A stretch of 64,000 nt of DNA. It comes from a virus. The notes under the pieces are model-generated. The model had not been told where the DNA came from. It saw only the letters and a program-made list of their open reading frames with translations, and made no database searches. A program made the position numbers and the translations under genes. Positions 18,070-27,954 of this stretch are shown one piece after another; position 1 is the first letter of the stretch; each line of letters opens with the position of its first letter. The stretch spans positions 1 to 64,000 of the IMG/VR virus record IMGVR_UViG_3300022554_000002; one strand, given 5' to 3'.

Positions 18070-18356
18070 AAAGATACTAATAAAGTTTTACCTGCCAATA
18101 CCACACCTTCGTCAGTACCATCAGGAGCAGTAACACCATTTTCAAATTGTTTAGGGTGTGTTTCATGTTCAACCATGTTGTATAAATCTTCTAATGCATG
18201 AAATAAATTTTGATTTATCATTTTAGTTTGTTTTTCTGTAATAAGTTTTGTAAACATATCCCGCATTTTCATTAAAGCATCAATCGTCCAATCTTCGTAC
18301 TCATAACCACAGGTACATGGAGTATCCCAACATTTAGGGCAATCTGATAGTGACAT
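18039..18356 (-). CDS. hypothetical protein, 3' end likely replaced by inversion
   Basis: MSLSDCPKCWDTPCTCG..NGVTAPDGTDEGVV; in frame with 21701-21769 if the segment is flipped. Confidence 0.6.
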   Translation of the reverse strand: MSLSDCPKCWDTPCTCGYEYEDWTIDALMKMRDMFTKLITEKQTKMINQNLFHALEDLYNMVEHETHPKQFENGVTAPDGTDEGVVLAGKTLLVSFHISITQTCL

Positions 18357-18368
18357 ATAATTTCTCCA

Positions 18369-18653
18369 TTACCAATCAATTGTAAAACAAGCCTCATTAC
18401 TAAACACATAAATTGTAAAACCTTCATTTCTTAGTTGGTCTAATATTGCATTTCTATTTTCCTTACACATGTGCACTGGAAAATCTACTCTCATACCACA
18501 AGCACCAGCAGATGCGTTCTCTTCTATTTCTGTTTTAATTTTTTGTACAAATGCAACAAGCATAGACTTTTGTGCTTGTTTTGTTAAGTCTCTGGCATGT
18601 TTAACACTAAATATTTCCATTGGTTTATTCCTTTTTCTGTATACCAAACTCAT
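18369..18653 (-). CDS. hypothetical protein
   Basis: ORF; probable start MEIF at 18623. Confidence 0.55.
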   Translation of the reverse strand: MSLVYRKRNKPMEIFSVKHARDLTKQAQKSMLVAFVQKIKTEIEENASAGACGMRVDFPVHMCKENRNAILDQLRNEGFTIYVFSNEACFTIDW

Positions 18654-19173
18654 TCGCCATTATTTCACCTTCTTGCCGCTCTCCATCAGAAGAGGGATTG
18701 TTAATAGCTTTTTGTAAACAGGTTTCATGTACTTCACAATCAAACTCATTACTCATTCGTCGTAGTTCTCCATCTTTAATGGGTTTTTGACAGAACCAAC
18801 AGGGGCCATTTTCTTCTTTTGACCAATCCTTAGTCTCTACTTCTTCAACATGCAAATTTACAATACTTCCATGATTACCCATGAAATAAACAACATTTTT
18901 ATTCTTAGAATTTAGTATATACATCCAAACAGCTTTTTTAATACATCCAAAGGATGATATATTAAAACAACCAAAAATACCATTGTGCGTCTGGTATAAT
19001 GAGCCGTTTTGGTCTATATCATCAGGAAAGGTATTATTAAACTCATATCCCATAATAATGTCAGGAAGTAAAATTGCTACTAATTCTTGTTTATAGTCAG
19101 CAAGCCTATTAATAGCTTTTTGAACCAATTCTTTTGTTAATTTCTTATCAGATACAGTCTCTTGTAAAGCCAT
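18625..19173 (-). CDS. hypothetical protein with C-terminal Cys/His cluster
   Basis: CWFC..EFDCEVHETC. Confidence 0.6.
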   Translation of the reverse strand: MALQETVSDKKLTKELVQKAINRLADYKQELVAILLPDIIMGYEFNNTFPDDIDQNGSLYQTHNGIFGCFNISSFGCIKKAVWMYILNSKNKNVVYFMGNHGSIVNLHVEEVETKDWSKEENGPCWFCQKPIKDGELRRMSNEFDCEVHETCLQKAINNPSSDGERQEGEIMANEFGIQKKE

Positions 19174-21569
19174 TAGGTTTTCGCTCCAATCCCAATAAGA
19201 TAATATCTACAATCAGAAGGTACAAAATCTTTGTAATATCTGAATGGGTCAATTACAACTGAGCCAGAAGGGAATTTGAATTCTTTCCAAATTTCATGCT
19301 GAGTGGCAATAAAGAAAACGTGGGGAGTATGAACAGTTAGTTTATACTCTGGTGTAACTAGAGGATCATAAATGACATGGTTAATATTGCGTTCTAATAG
19401 TAGATTACTAAGTAACATAGCAGGACTACCTGTTGTTAGCCCAATATTGGCTTTAAATGATTTGCCAAGAATTACAATAGGCATATCTTTAGTAGATACT
19501 TTTTTAGTAAAATTCTCAATTGCGTCCGCAAGCTTGTCTACTTGTGCTTCTCGTACAAGCATGAGATACCGGCAGAAATCATAGTCCATATTTAATTCTT
19601 TTGCCAACCAAGACATAGCAATGTTGTCCCTTGGGTGGCAAGAATTACAAACTAAACCACCTTGAGTTACATAATTGTTTACATCCTCTACTTCTATATT
19701 GTAAACCTTACCAGAAAAAGGAATTTTTGTTGTTTTCATTATTTTGTAATAAGTGTAATTTTCATCTATAGGAATTCTAGCAAGAGGACGAATCTTTTTT
19801 TGAATTTCTTTTTTATTAACAAAATTAACAATTTTTGTTAATTTAACAGCGTCTTCATAATTACGAATATTTACCTGATAAACAGGATTTGGATATTTTT
19901 TACCTATATTATTTTGTACTCGCATGTAACTTCTAATATTAAGTTTATTTAGTAAAAACTGAACTGCAATCATTAATTCCTTAGAAATTGTTGTATATGT
20001 AAATCCTTTATAATTACAATGACCATCCCCCCGAAAAAGACCCTGTAAAATTAATTTTGCATATTCTGTTGGTCCATAAAGAACCCACATTGGAATTTTC
20101 TTATTTTTAGCACCTGAACCAAACTCTGCTTTAATATATTGAGCTAATTTAGCTTTATAAAAACAAATATCTGTAGCAGTATTATGGCTCTTCTTAACTT
20201 TTCGTGTAATATATGCATCATCATACATACGTTTAATAATATTTTCAATATCATTCATATATTCTACTTCTTTAGAATTAAGAGTAAACTGAACACCATC
20301 AATGTGTCCACGAGTACCCTTAATACAACCTTCTGCTAAATAATAACCAGCAAGAGAAAGTAAATCTTGTATATTCCAACTTAACTCCGGTGCGGGCAGT
20401 GTTTGTTCTTTAATATTAGGAAATGCAATATAATAAAAAGACTTATCTAAACCAAATAATTGTTCAGAGGGTACTTGACACATTTCGCTGAGTTTTGTTT
20501 TTTCTTTTGGTCCATTAATACTATATTTAGAATAGACTTTATGATTTGGTGTTAATGTAATATTTTTATTTCCCATTAAATCGAACCGAATTAAATCTCC
20601 TGAAAAGTCTCTACTAAATAAATTAGTTACTTTATGTAATAATCCATCACCACCAAGTACTTTATCACCAACGTTAATTGTATTAATATTTACTAAACCA
20701 TTTTCTGTATAAATTTTTTGAGTTTCATCCAAACAACCACCATCGCCCATTCCAGCCGTTAAATATTTGGTAGAAATTAAACGCTCTGTTGCCATTTTAA
20801 GAGCATTTGTGACATCATCCACATTGGCATTTGGAATCTGTTCACATATCTCCATGAGGTAATTAACATAGTCAATTTTCATTGTAATAAATGTATTATA
20901 TGATACTTTGGTCAATTCAGCAGATTCAATACTCATTTCTGCAAATCGTATTGGATTACCTTTAACTGGTCCCTCTTTATAACTATAAATTGTATCATAT
21001 AACTCTTTTAGTTTTTGACATGCCCAATCATCATATTTACCAATGAGCACAAATTCAGGATGATAGAAATCCCAAACTACAGTACCCATTGCAATAAAGA
21101 ATGGGTTATAAACCACTTTAATATTTGAATTTGTAATTTCTGGTAATACATGCCGTCGAATTGTGAAAGGTAAAACGGTGCTGATAATTGCAACAACTTT
21201 AGGCTTGTCAATTTGACACGAATTTAGTTTTTTGATACAATCGACTAGATATGAATAATCAAAGTTAGCAACAGTATCAGGCACTCGTGTTACACCTTCA
21301 TATTCCTTACCATGTGGTGTCTGAATGGCAAGAAAGATAATATCTGAATGATCGACTACTTCTTGCATTGATCCAAACTTAATATCAGATTTTGCAAGCA
21401 TTTCTTGAAAGCCATTAGGCTCTTTGTTTGGTCCAGCTTCGATAGCTGTAAAGTTCTTAGACATGAGTTCAGGAACTACATCATAGCCCATTACAGAGTG
21501 GCCTTTAGCTGCAATAGCAACAGCTACAGGCTTGCCAAGCTTACCGAGTCCAATCATTCCTACGCGCAT
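19173..21569 (-). CDS. UDP-glucose/GDP-mannose dehydrogenase family enzyme containing an intein
   Basis: Rossmann GLGKLG, NPFFIAMG, ELTKVSYNTF, spliced catalytic GG|SCHPRD, LGKSFK. Confidence 0.9.
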   Translation of the reverse strand: MRVGMIGLGKLGKPVAVAIAAKGHSVMGYDVVPELMSKNFTAIEAGPNKEPNGFQEMLAKSDIKFGSMQEVVDHSDIIFLAIQTPHGKEYEGVTRVPDTVANFDYSYLVDCIKKLNSCQIDKPKVVAIISTVLPFTIRRHVLPEITNSNIKVVYNPFFIAMGTVVWDFYHPEFVLIGKYDDWACQKLKELYDTIYSYKEGPVKGNPIRFAEMSIESAELTKVSYNTFITMKIDYVNYLMEICEQIPNANVDDVTNALKMATERLISTKYLTAGMGDGGCLDETQKIYTENGLVNINTINVGDKVLGGDGLLHKVTNLFSRDFSGDLIRFDLMGNKNITLTPNHKVYSKYSINGPKEKTKLSEMCQVPSEQLFGLDKSFYYIAFPNIKEQTLPAPELSWNIQDLLSLAGYYLAEGCIKGTRGHIDGVQFTLNSKEVEYMNDIENIIKRMYDDAYITRKVKKSHNTATDICFYKAKLAQYIKAEFGSGAKNKKIPMWVLYGPTEYAKLILQGLFRGDGHCNYKGFTYTTISKELMIAVQFLLNKLNIRSYMRVQNNIGKKYPNPVYQVNIRNYEDAVKLTKIVNFVNKKEIQKKIRPLARIPIDENYTYYKIMKTTKIPFSGKVYNIEVEDVNNYVTQGGLVCNSCHPRDNIAMSWLAKELNMDYDFCRYLMLVREAQVDKLADAIENFTKKVSTKDMPIVILGKSFKANIGLTTGSPAMLLSNLLLERNINHVIYDPLVTPEYKLTVHTPHVFFIATQHEIWKEFKFPSGSVVIDPFRYYKDFVPSDCRYYLIGIGAKT
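19644..20735 (-). mobile_element. intein with LAGLIDADG endonuclease (364 aa)
   Basis: CLDETQKI start, LTPNHKV, GYYLAEG, GLFRGDG, VYNIEV, ends VCN followed by Ser. Confidence 0.9.
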
Positions 21570-21570
21570 C

Positions 21571-21769
21571 TTATTTTTCTCCCCAGTATGCATTTAATCT
21601 AAATTCTTCATTTTTTGAAGCATATCGTTTCAACCAATATAAACTTTTTCGTGCTTTTGAACGTGTAAAAAATACAAATTGTGGTAACCATGATCCTCCA
21701 CAATATGAGGCAGCACGATTGGCTTTAATTGAAGCTAAAGAAGAAATGGAGAAAAATCATGAAAATTAG
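21571..21769. pseudogene. two startless, divergent gene 3' ends at right inversion breakpoint
   Basis: Minus: CGGSWLPQ..RLNAYWGEK* (21700-21571); plus: QYEAARLALIEAKEEMEKNHEN* (21701-21769); no promoter or start codon between. Confidence 0.6.
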
Positions 21770-22043
21770 ACAGGGTTTTGTCAGTAATTCCAGCAGTGCT
21801 AGTTTTGTCATTGACAAGACTAAACTTAATGGGCTACAAATCATAGCAATTAAAAACCACATTAAAACCGCTATTGAATTGGGTATAGCGCAAGATTACT
21901 TTGATGAAGGTGATGCTTGGGGAATTATAGATAATGACGATGGTACTATGATATTATCAACTAGTATGACTAATTTTGATATGGAAGAATTTTTAGAGAA
22001 AATTGATGCAATTGATGCAATTATTTCTAAAGATTATGACTAA
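21759..22043 (+). CDS. MKIRxGFVSNSSS-leader family protein
   Basis: MKIRQGFVSNSSSASF, SD GGAG. Confidence 0.75.
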   Translation: MKIRQGFVSNSSSASFVIDKTKLNGLQIIAIKNHIKTAIELGIAQDYFDEGDAWGIIDNDDGTMILSTSMTNFDMEEFLEKIDAIDAIISKDYD

Positions 22044-22998
22044 TATGAATAACAAGTTCTTACTAACTCTAGTAGCTTTCAAGTGCAGAGCTTTTGCAGG
22101 ACTTGCCATAAATTCTATATTGAAAAATACAAATCCTGCCAATTTCCACCTTATCATAATTGATAATGGTTCCAATGATGCCACAACAGAATTATTTAAA
22201 ACATATAAAGATAATTCTAACATTACAACTATTATCAACCCTGAAAACATAGGCTTTCCTGCTGCTGTAAACCAAGGTATTGACTATTTTTATAATCATC
22301 CTGAATTTGACTATTTTACTACTGTACATTCAGACACCGTATGCATGTCTTCAAATTGGAACGAGAAAGTAGTTAGCACATTCCAGCAAAATCCAAATAT
22401 TCACTGTTTGGGTGGTATGGCTACAAATCAAGATGAAGGTCAACCTGTATATGGTGATGTTTATCAAAAAATGGTTGCTTACAAAAACGGAATAGAAAAC
22501 CTACAAAATAAGGCAAATGTATATGAGTTGGAAGAGGCATTAAATGGTTTTTATGGTGATCCAAATAAACGCATTGCTGAAATTGAAACAAAATTCAAAG
22601 ATAGATTATTCATTGGTTCAGATAATGCATTTTTAACATTTAAACGAAGAGTCATTGAAGATGTTGGTTATTTTGATGAATCCTTCTTTCCCGGCATGGG
22701 AGAAGATAGTGATTATTACAACCGTATGCATCTACTAGGATATGAAATATGGAGAACAGGCAATTTCTATACTCACCACTGGTGTTCAGTAACCTATTTT
22801 CATACAATGAATGGTCGTGAAGTACACGATAGAGCATTAGGACGATTGGCTACTAAAAAGACCTATGACCAAGAATGCTTGAAATATTCATGCATTAATA
22901 ACAATGATGGAAAATGTAAACGTCCTTTGGTTTGTTTAAATTATAAACTAAATCCACAATATAACAAAGTTAATCCACAACGATTTCCGGTGAGATAA
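22036..22998 (+). CDS. glycosyltransferase family 2
   Basis: IIDNGSND, NIGFPAAVNQG, HSD, VGYFDE..GEDSDY. Confidence 0.85.
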   Translation: MTNMNNKFLLTLVAFKCRAFAGLAINSILKNTNPANFHLIIIDNGSNDATTELFKTYKDNSNITTIINPENIGFPAAVNQGIDYFYNHPEFDYFTTVHSDTVCMSSNWNEKVVSTFQQNPNIHCLGGMATNQDEGQPVYGDVYQKMVAYKNGIENLQNKANVYELEEALNGFYGDPNKRIAEIETKFKDRLFIGSDNAFLTFKRRVIEDVGYFDESFFPGMGEDSDYYNRMHLLGYEIWRTGNFYTHHWCSVTYFHTMNGREVHDRALGRLATKKTYDQECLKYSCINNNDGKCKRPLVCLNYKLNPQYNKVNPQRFPVR

Positions 22999-23000
22999 AA

Positions 23001-23186
23001 ATGGAAATATTGAAGGGTGCGTATGGAGATGAATTTATAGCCCATAGATGCAGAAATGGACGGTGGAGGGCATATTCAACGGGTGTTTGTTCTGGTTGTT
23101 TACCAAAAGAATGTATAGATGTAATATTTAAAAGTGAGGCAGCATTCAAGGAAATATTAAAACAAGAAAAGGAGAAAAAGAAATGA
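23001..23186 (+). CDS. hypothetical protein
   Basis: ORF. Confidence 0.5.
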   Translation: MEILKGAYGDEFIAHRCRNGRWRAYSTGVCSGCLPKECIDVIFKSEAAFKEILKQEKEKKK

Positions 23187-23611
23187 ATTATTGGACGCAA
23201 GAAATAAAACTTTCACAACTTGAGACTATAATATATAACTTTCCTGTAAAAACTAAAATTTATTACGCCAAACTTATTAAAGAAAAGCCAAAAATTAAAA
23301 ACTTTACACATAAAGGAGATTTACAAGTTCCTAGTTTTCCCATAAATAGCTTTTGTGTTGGTGGGTTAAGTAAAATAGCGTTTGATTATAAAACAAAGGC
23401 AGACTATGATTTGGCCTTTGTGTCTTCATTGGAAGCAATGAAAAACAAAGAAACTAAAATTTTGGAAGTTTTAGGAAAACACGTTAATCATATCATAAAA
23501 TTGATGCGTCTTTCTGAAAGTTGGCTAGAATCACCATGTATTTATACTCCATCAAAATGTAAACTACTCTGTTACATTGATGCAGCATATTTTGGCTTTA
23601 ATTTGGACTAA
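23183..23611 (+). CDS. hypothetical protein
   Basis: ORF coupled to upstream gene. Confidence 0.55.
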   Translation: MNYWTQEIKLSQLETIIYNFPVKTKIYYAKLIKEKPKIKNFTHKGDLQVPSFPINSFCVGGLSKIAFDYKTKADYDLAFVSSLEAMKNKETKILEVLGKHVNHIIKLMRLSESWLESPCIYTPSKCKLLCYIDAAYFGFNLD

Positions 23612-23646
23612 TTGAATTATTAGAATTCAAATACGAGATAGAAAAA

Positions 23647-24747
23647 ATGAAGTATGATTTCATAGTAGTTGGTGCTGGATTCTACGGTTGTACCTTTGCT
23701 CGTGCCGTAGCTGAAAAAGGTGCTAGGGTTTTAGTCATTGAAAAAAATGGCTACATAGGTGGACTATCTCATACCTACTTCATTGACAAGGTTCAAGTTC
23801 ACAGTTATGGTCCTCATATTTTACATACTGACTCAGACAGGGTTTGGACGTTTCTAAAACACTTTGGTACTGTCAATAATTTCAAGTACCACCCAATAGC
23901 CTGTTATAAAGATAAGTATTACTCATTTCCTGTCAATAAAATGACTTTGCAACAGGCAAATATCACACCACCGCTGAAAGGACAGACATGTGAAAATGAA
24001 AATTTTGAAGAATACCTGATTCGTAGAATGGGTAAAAAAATATACACGATGTTCTTCTATTATTACACAAAGAAGATGTGGGGAGTAGAACCACGAACAC
24101 TACCAGCATCCATAGCTCATAGAATTCCATTTAGACCAGCAACCCTAAATGATCAGTATTATACTCATAAATATGAAGGAATAGCACAAGACGGCTATAC
24201 AAAATTGATGGAAAATATGTTAGATCATAAAAACATAAAAATATACTATAATGACAATTTCCTAGAAAATAGGTGGCATTATAAGAAAATAGCAAAAAAC
24301 ATAATCTTTACTGGAACTATTGATTCTTACTTCAATTACGAGTTTGGAATGTTACCTTATCGCACTTTGGATATTAACTATGTTGGTAACAAAAAATGGT
24401 ATTACGCAGTAGATGCATTAGGAGCAAATGCAGTAAATTATACTGACAACAGAGAATGCACACGTGAAATTTGTCATAATTACTGGCTACCAGAAACAAT
24501 TAATAATTGTGATAAGTATGTTATAACTACGGAAACACCAAGGTCGCTAACTTCACCATTTGATGAAGGAATTCCTATGTATCCAATGAGAAATATAGGA
24601 AATTCTGTAGAAATCTATGAGAAATACCGAAATCTGGCAAAACATCTCTCGAATGTACATTTTAAAGGAAGATTAGGGGATTATAAATATATGGATATGT
24701 GTCCTACTATTGAGGATGCACTACATTTTGCAGAGGAATTCACATGA
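23647..24747 (+). CDS. glf: UDP-galactopyranose mutase
   Basis: VVGAGFYG, IGG..H.YGPHILHT, YTKKMWG, RIP, LPYRTL, YP, GRLGDYKYMDM. Confidence 0.92.
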   Translation: MKYDFIVVGAGFYGCTFARAVAEKGARVLVIEKNGYIGGLSHTYFIDKVQVHSYGPHILHTDSDRVWTFLKHFGTVNNFKYHPIACYKDKYYSFPVNKMTLQQANITPPLKGQTCENENFEEYLIRRMGKKIYTMFFYYYTKKMWGVEPRTLPASIAHRIPFRPATLNDQYYTHKYEGIAQDGYTKLMENMLDHKNIKIYYNDNFLENRWHYKKIAKNIIFTGTIDSYFNYEFGMLPYRTLDINYVGNKKWYYAVDALGANAVNYTDNRECTREICHNYWLPETINNCDKYVITTETPRSLTSPFDEGIPMYPMRNIGNSVEIYEKYRNLAKHLSNVHFKGRLGDYKYMDMCPTIEDALHFAEEFT

Positions 24748-25163
24748 AAACATTACTAATTATTTTTGTACTCTTTTTTGGTTCTGTTTTTGCCGAAGAC
24801 ATTATTGTAGAAGATAAAGAGTTATTACAAGATGTACAAAAAATGTTAATGGATAATGGTTTTGAAGTCAATGCAATTCTTCCCAAAGTTGTATACTACA
24901 AGAGTAGACCACCGCACTTTGCATTCTTTTGGGCAGGATTAACAAAATTTGAAAATGGAACAATTGAAATTCTTATAATGAGAAATAAGAGTTTTGATTT
25001 AGATACCTTCTATCATGAATGTTACCATTGGTTTATAATTGATGTTGACAGAAATGAAAAAACAGTGAATGGAATTGAAAACAGAGCAGAACGATTCGCA
25101 AAGCTTTGTGTCAAACACTTTAAAAACAAAGTCCCTAAAGGACTTATAGAAAACTCCAAATAA
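24744..25163 (+). CDS. secreted/membrane protein with HExxH motif
   Basis: Signal peptide; FYHECYH..IENRAERFA. Confidence 0.55.
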   Translation: MKTLLIIFVLFFGSVFAEDIIVEDKELLQDVQKMLMDNGFEVNAILPKVVYYKSRPPHFAFFWAGLTKFENGTIEILIMRNKSFDLDTFYHECYHWFIIDVDRNEKTVNGIENRAERFAKLCVKHFKNKVPKGLIENSK

Positions 25164-25167
25164 CTCC

Positions 25168-25195
25168 TTGACAACCCTGTTTTTACCTGTATAAT
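25168..25195 (+). promoter_or_regulatory. sigma70-type promoter (N16)
   Basis: TTGACA-16-TATAAT. Confidence 0.85.
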
Positions 25196-25215
25196 ATCCA
25201 TAAAGGAGATATTAT

Positions 25216-25353
25216 ATGGATAGTAGCATGTTTAATGGATTTGATAAGGCATTATTTTGGTTACTTATCCTTGCTCTTCTAGGCATTACGTTAGGTATTT
25301 GGAAACTAATAGAAATTATCATTTGGGTATTCTCACATTTACATTGGAGCTAA
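25216..25353 (+). CDS. small membrane protein (45 aa, not in ORF track)
   Basis: SD AAGGAG, single TM. Confidence 0.6.
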   Translation: MDSSMFNGFDKALFWLLILALLGITLGIWKLIEIIIWVFSHLHWS

Positions 25354-25360
25354 AAAATAA

Positions 25361-25855
25361 ATGCAAGTAAGCTGTCAAAATTGTAATAAACTATTTAATA
25401 AACCAAAAAGTCACGTTATGAGAGTAAAAAGAATTTTTTGTAGTAAAAAATGCCATGATGAAGCACAAAAAATTACTGTAATAAAAATATGTCGAATTTG
25501 TAAAAAAGAGTTTTCTGTACGACCATGTGAATATGGAAGAATTTTTACTTGCAGTAAAGAGTGTTTCCTAAAAGCAAAATGTAATAAAGGAAACTCCAAT
25601 TGGAAGGGTGGAACTACAACAGATCGAAGACCAGAAATGAGCACTATAAAATATAAAAATTGGAAATATGGTGTATTTAAAAGAGATAATTATACCTGTC
25701 AACATTGTGGAGTTCGTGGTGGAAATTTAAATGCTCACCATATTAAATCTTGGACATATTTTCCTGAGTTTCGATACCTACTTGAAAATGGAATAACTCT
25801 CTGTCTTAAATGTCATAGAAAAACTTATAAGTTAACTTTTGTGGAGAAAAAATAA
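25361..25855 (+). mobile_element. HNH endonuclease with N-terminal CxxC..FCS Zn repeats
   Basis: NSNWKGG, RDNYTCQHCG, LNAHHIK, NGITLCLKCH. Confidence 0.85.
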
Positions 25856-25856
25856 A

Positions 25857-26210
25857 ATGGGATACATAGCAGTAGATTTCGATAGAACTTTGGCAGTATA
25901 TGACCATTATGAAGGTCCAGACAAACTTGGTGAACCAATACCAAAAATGGTAAAACGAGTCAAGAAATGGCTTGCTGAAGGCAAAGAAGTAAAAATTATG
26001 ACTGCTCGTGTGTCACATTTTAATCATAACACAGATGAAATACAAAAAGCTCGTCTAGCTATTCAAAAATGGTGTATAAAGCATCTTGGTGAGCCTTTAG
26101 ACGTAACATGTGAAAAAGATTATGAAATGATTGAGCTTTGGGATGATAGGGCTGTAGGGGTTATTCCAAATACTGGTGAACGTGTAGATGGTAAGGAAGA
26201 TGAAGATTAA
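25857..26210 (+). CDS. HAD-superfamily phosphatase-like protein
   Basis: IAVDFDRTL, IMTARV, ELWDDRAV. Confidence 0.75.
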   Translation: MGYIAVDFDRTLAVYDHYEGPDKLGEPIPKMVKRVKKWLAEGKEVKIMTARVSHFNHNTDEIQKARLAIQKWCIKHLGEPLDVTCEKDYEMIELWDDRAVGVIPNTGERVDGKEDED

Positions 26211-26288
26211 TGGTCGGGATGGCTGGATTTGAACCAGCGACCTTTCGGTTCCAAACCGAACAGGGTAGCCAAACTCCCCCACATCCCG
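26211..26288 (-). tRNA. tRNA-Pro(TGG)
   Basis: Canonical cloverleaf, loop TTTGGAA, GGTTCAAATCC, CCA. Confidence 0.9.
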
Positions 26289-26298
26289 ACTCTTATAT

Positions 26299-26326
26299 AT
26301 TATACAAGTAAAAACCTGTTTGTCAA
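26299..26326 (-). promoter_or_regulatory. sigma70-type promoter (N16) for tRNA-Pro
   Basis: TTGACA-16-TATAAT on minus strand. Confidence 0.85.
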
Positions 26327-26335
26327 GTCTTTTTT

Positions 26336-26809
26336 CTAAATTTTTAGCTTTTTCTGTCTAATGCACCAACATTTTCTACAATAAATGTTGTAATAATAGT
26401 CATTACCATGCTTTATAAATGGTTCTACAAGTTCGTGAAAACGAAATTTATGCCTTTTATGGAACAATTTACACCAGAGAAATCTTAAATAAATTAAAAA
26501 CTTATCAAACCCTGAAACCTTTGTTGTATATGAACTAGAATAAGATATAAAAGTCTTGTAATAACTTTGGTCTTCTTCGCAATTAACTTTTTTATAATGA
26601 TAAATCAAAGGTTCTAATTCTTCAATAAAATACATCATATTCTTCTCTGCTTGTTGCTTAGTTCTATAATTAGAACCTTTTCCAACAAAAGTTCCCTTAT
26701 AGTTGGTTAATCTCACTAACCAACACCAACCACGGGTGCTGCTCTCATAAACCTTCACATAAGAACCGGGAGCAAATATCTTCTCTTTAGTTTTGTACTC
26801 TCCACTCAT
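26336..26809 (-). CDS. hypothetical protein
   Basis: ORF; probable start MSGEY. Confidence 0.55.
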   Translation of the reverse strand: MSGEYKTKEKIFAPGSYVKVYESSTRGWCWLVRLTNYKGTFVGKGSNYRTKQQAEKNMMYFIEELEPLIYHYKKVNCEEDQSYYKTFISYSSSYTTKVSGFDKFLIYLRFLWCKLFHKRHKFRFHELVEPFIKHGNDYYYNIYCRKCWCIRQKKLKI

Positions 26810-27404
26810 AAATTGGCACTGTCCATTCAGGAGTTGACACATCTTTAATTTTTGATAATTCCACGTCCTTGTTATTATTTAAAAAATCATTAATGGCTGT
26901 TTTCTGACAAGCATCTGCTAAATTGTAATCATCAAAAACAATTATGGAACCATTCTGCATATATTTCTTAATATAATTCAAAACCAGCAAAGAAGGAGTA
27001 TACGCATCACAATCAACCAAACAAACTGAAATTGGTTCTAATTCTTTATTGGATAAAGTGTTATTAAAATAACCTTTTGTCAATTCATAAGGTATTTTAC
27101 TATTTACAGATTTTGCAAAATTACAAACCTGCTCGTAATCTGTGTCTCCCATAAGACCTTTTGAATATATAAGTTCAATACTACTAATTGGTGGAGGAAA
27201 ACCTTCAAAAGAATCAAACCCATAACATTTAGTAATTTTTGATTCTTTATTGTCCAAATATTTTAAAACTTGACAAAATGAACCACCACGAAACACACCA
27301 AATTCTGCGTAACAACCTGTAAGCCTGCTCAAGTCTAAAGCTGTGAGCACAGCAGGAACAGTACAAGAATTACAAGAAACAAGGTTAAACTGTTCCATTT
27401 TCAA
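26787..27404 (-). CDS. TylF/MycF-family sugar O-methyltransferase
   Basis: EFGVFRGGS, GFDSFEGFP, KGYFNNTL, VDCDAY, IVFDDY. Confidence 0.85.
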   Translation of the reverse strand: MKMEQFNLVSCNSCTVPAVLTALDLSRLTGCYAEFGVFRGGSFCQVLKYLDNKESKITKCYGFDSFEGFPPPISSIELIYSKGLMGDTDYEQVCNFAKSVNSKIPYELTKGYFNNTLSNKELEPISVCLVDCDAYTPSLLVLNYIKKYMQNGSIIVFDDYNLADACQKTAINDFLNNNKDVELSKIKDVSTPEWTVPIYEWRVQN

Positions 27405-27954
27405 TCACCGTAATACCACAATCCTCTGAAAGTACTAATTTATATCTCCATTGTGTGTTTTGTTTTACAAAATTATCAATAACTGAAAGCAAAACAGGGT
27501 GTGAAGAAGTATCATGAAAAGCAATATATTTACTAGCCTTATTTCCATGCAACGCTAACTCAACAGATAATTGAGTAGCAGTGTGTTCAGTATCAATGAA
27601 AAGTAAGTCTGTTTTCTCGATTGAAACTTTAGGATCAATTGTACTGGCACAAACAAACTTAAAATCTATATTATTTTCTGCTGCAATTTCTTCTAATTCT
27701 TTTGTGTTACAAGGTACAAAATCATATGAGCGTAGTACTTTTGGAAGACCAGCCATTAATGCCCACGTTGAGCAAACAGTACGAGTGCCAAATTCAGTAA
27801 CGTGGTCACACTGACTTGCTAAATAATACAATAATGGTGAACAAAATTCCATATCATTAATACAAGATAAACCATTGCAGTTTGTGTATCTTTTTCCACA
27901 AACATTTTCATATTTCTTTTTTAAAGACTCTGAATAGGAATTCTTCGTTTCCAA
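27385..27954 (-). CDS. class I SAM methyltransferase (Methyltransf_24-like)
   Basis: VTEFGTR, LFIDTEH, IAFHDT. Confidence 0.75.
   Translation of the reverse strand: METKNSYSESLKKKYENVCGKRYTNCNGLSCINDMEFCSPLLYYLASQCDHVTEFGTRTVCSTWALMAGLPKVLRSYDFVPCNTKELEEIAAENNIDFKFVCASTIDPKVSIEKTDLLFIDTEHTATQLSVELALHGNKASKYIAFHDTSSHPVLLSVIDNFVKQNTQWRYKLVLSEDCGITVIENGTV

Noticed and set aside
18055-21715. Hin/Gin-type 26-bp inverted recombination sites at the inversion ends
   Set aside because: Only 2-4 bp of inverted identity is visible and no invertase gene lies in the window, so site-specific switching is unproven.
26205-26215. Strand switch at tRNA-Pro as another rearrangement breakpoint
   Set aside because: Both the HAD gene and the tRNA are complete, and each side has its own promoter; ordinary convergence.
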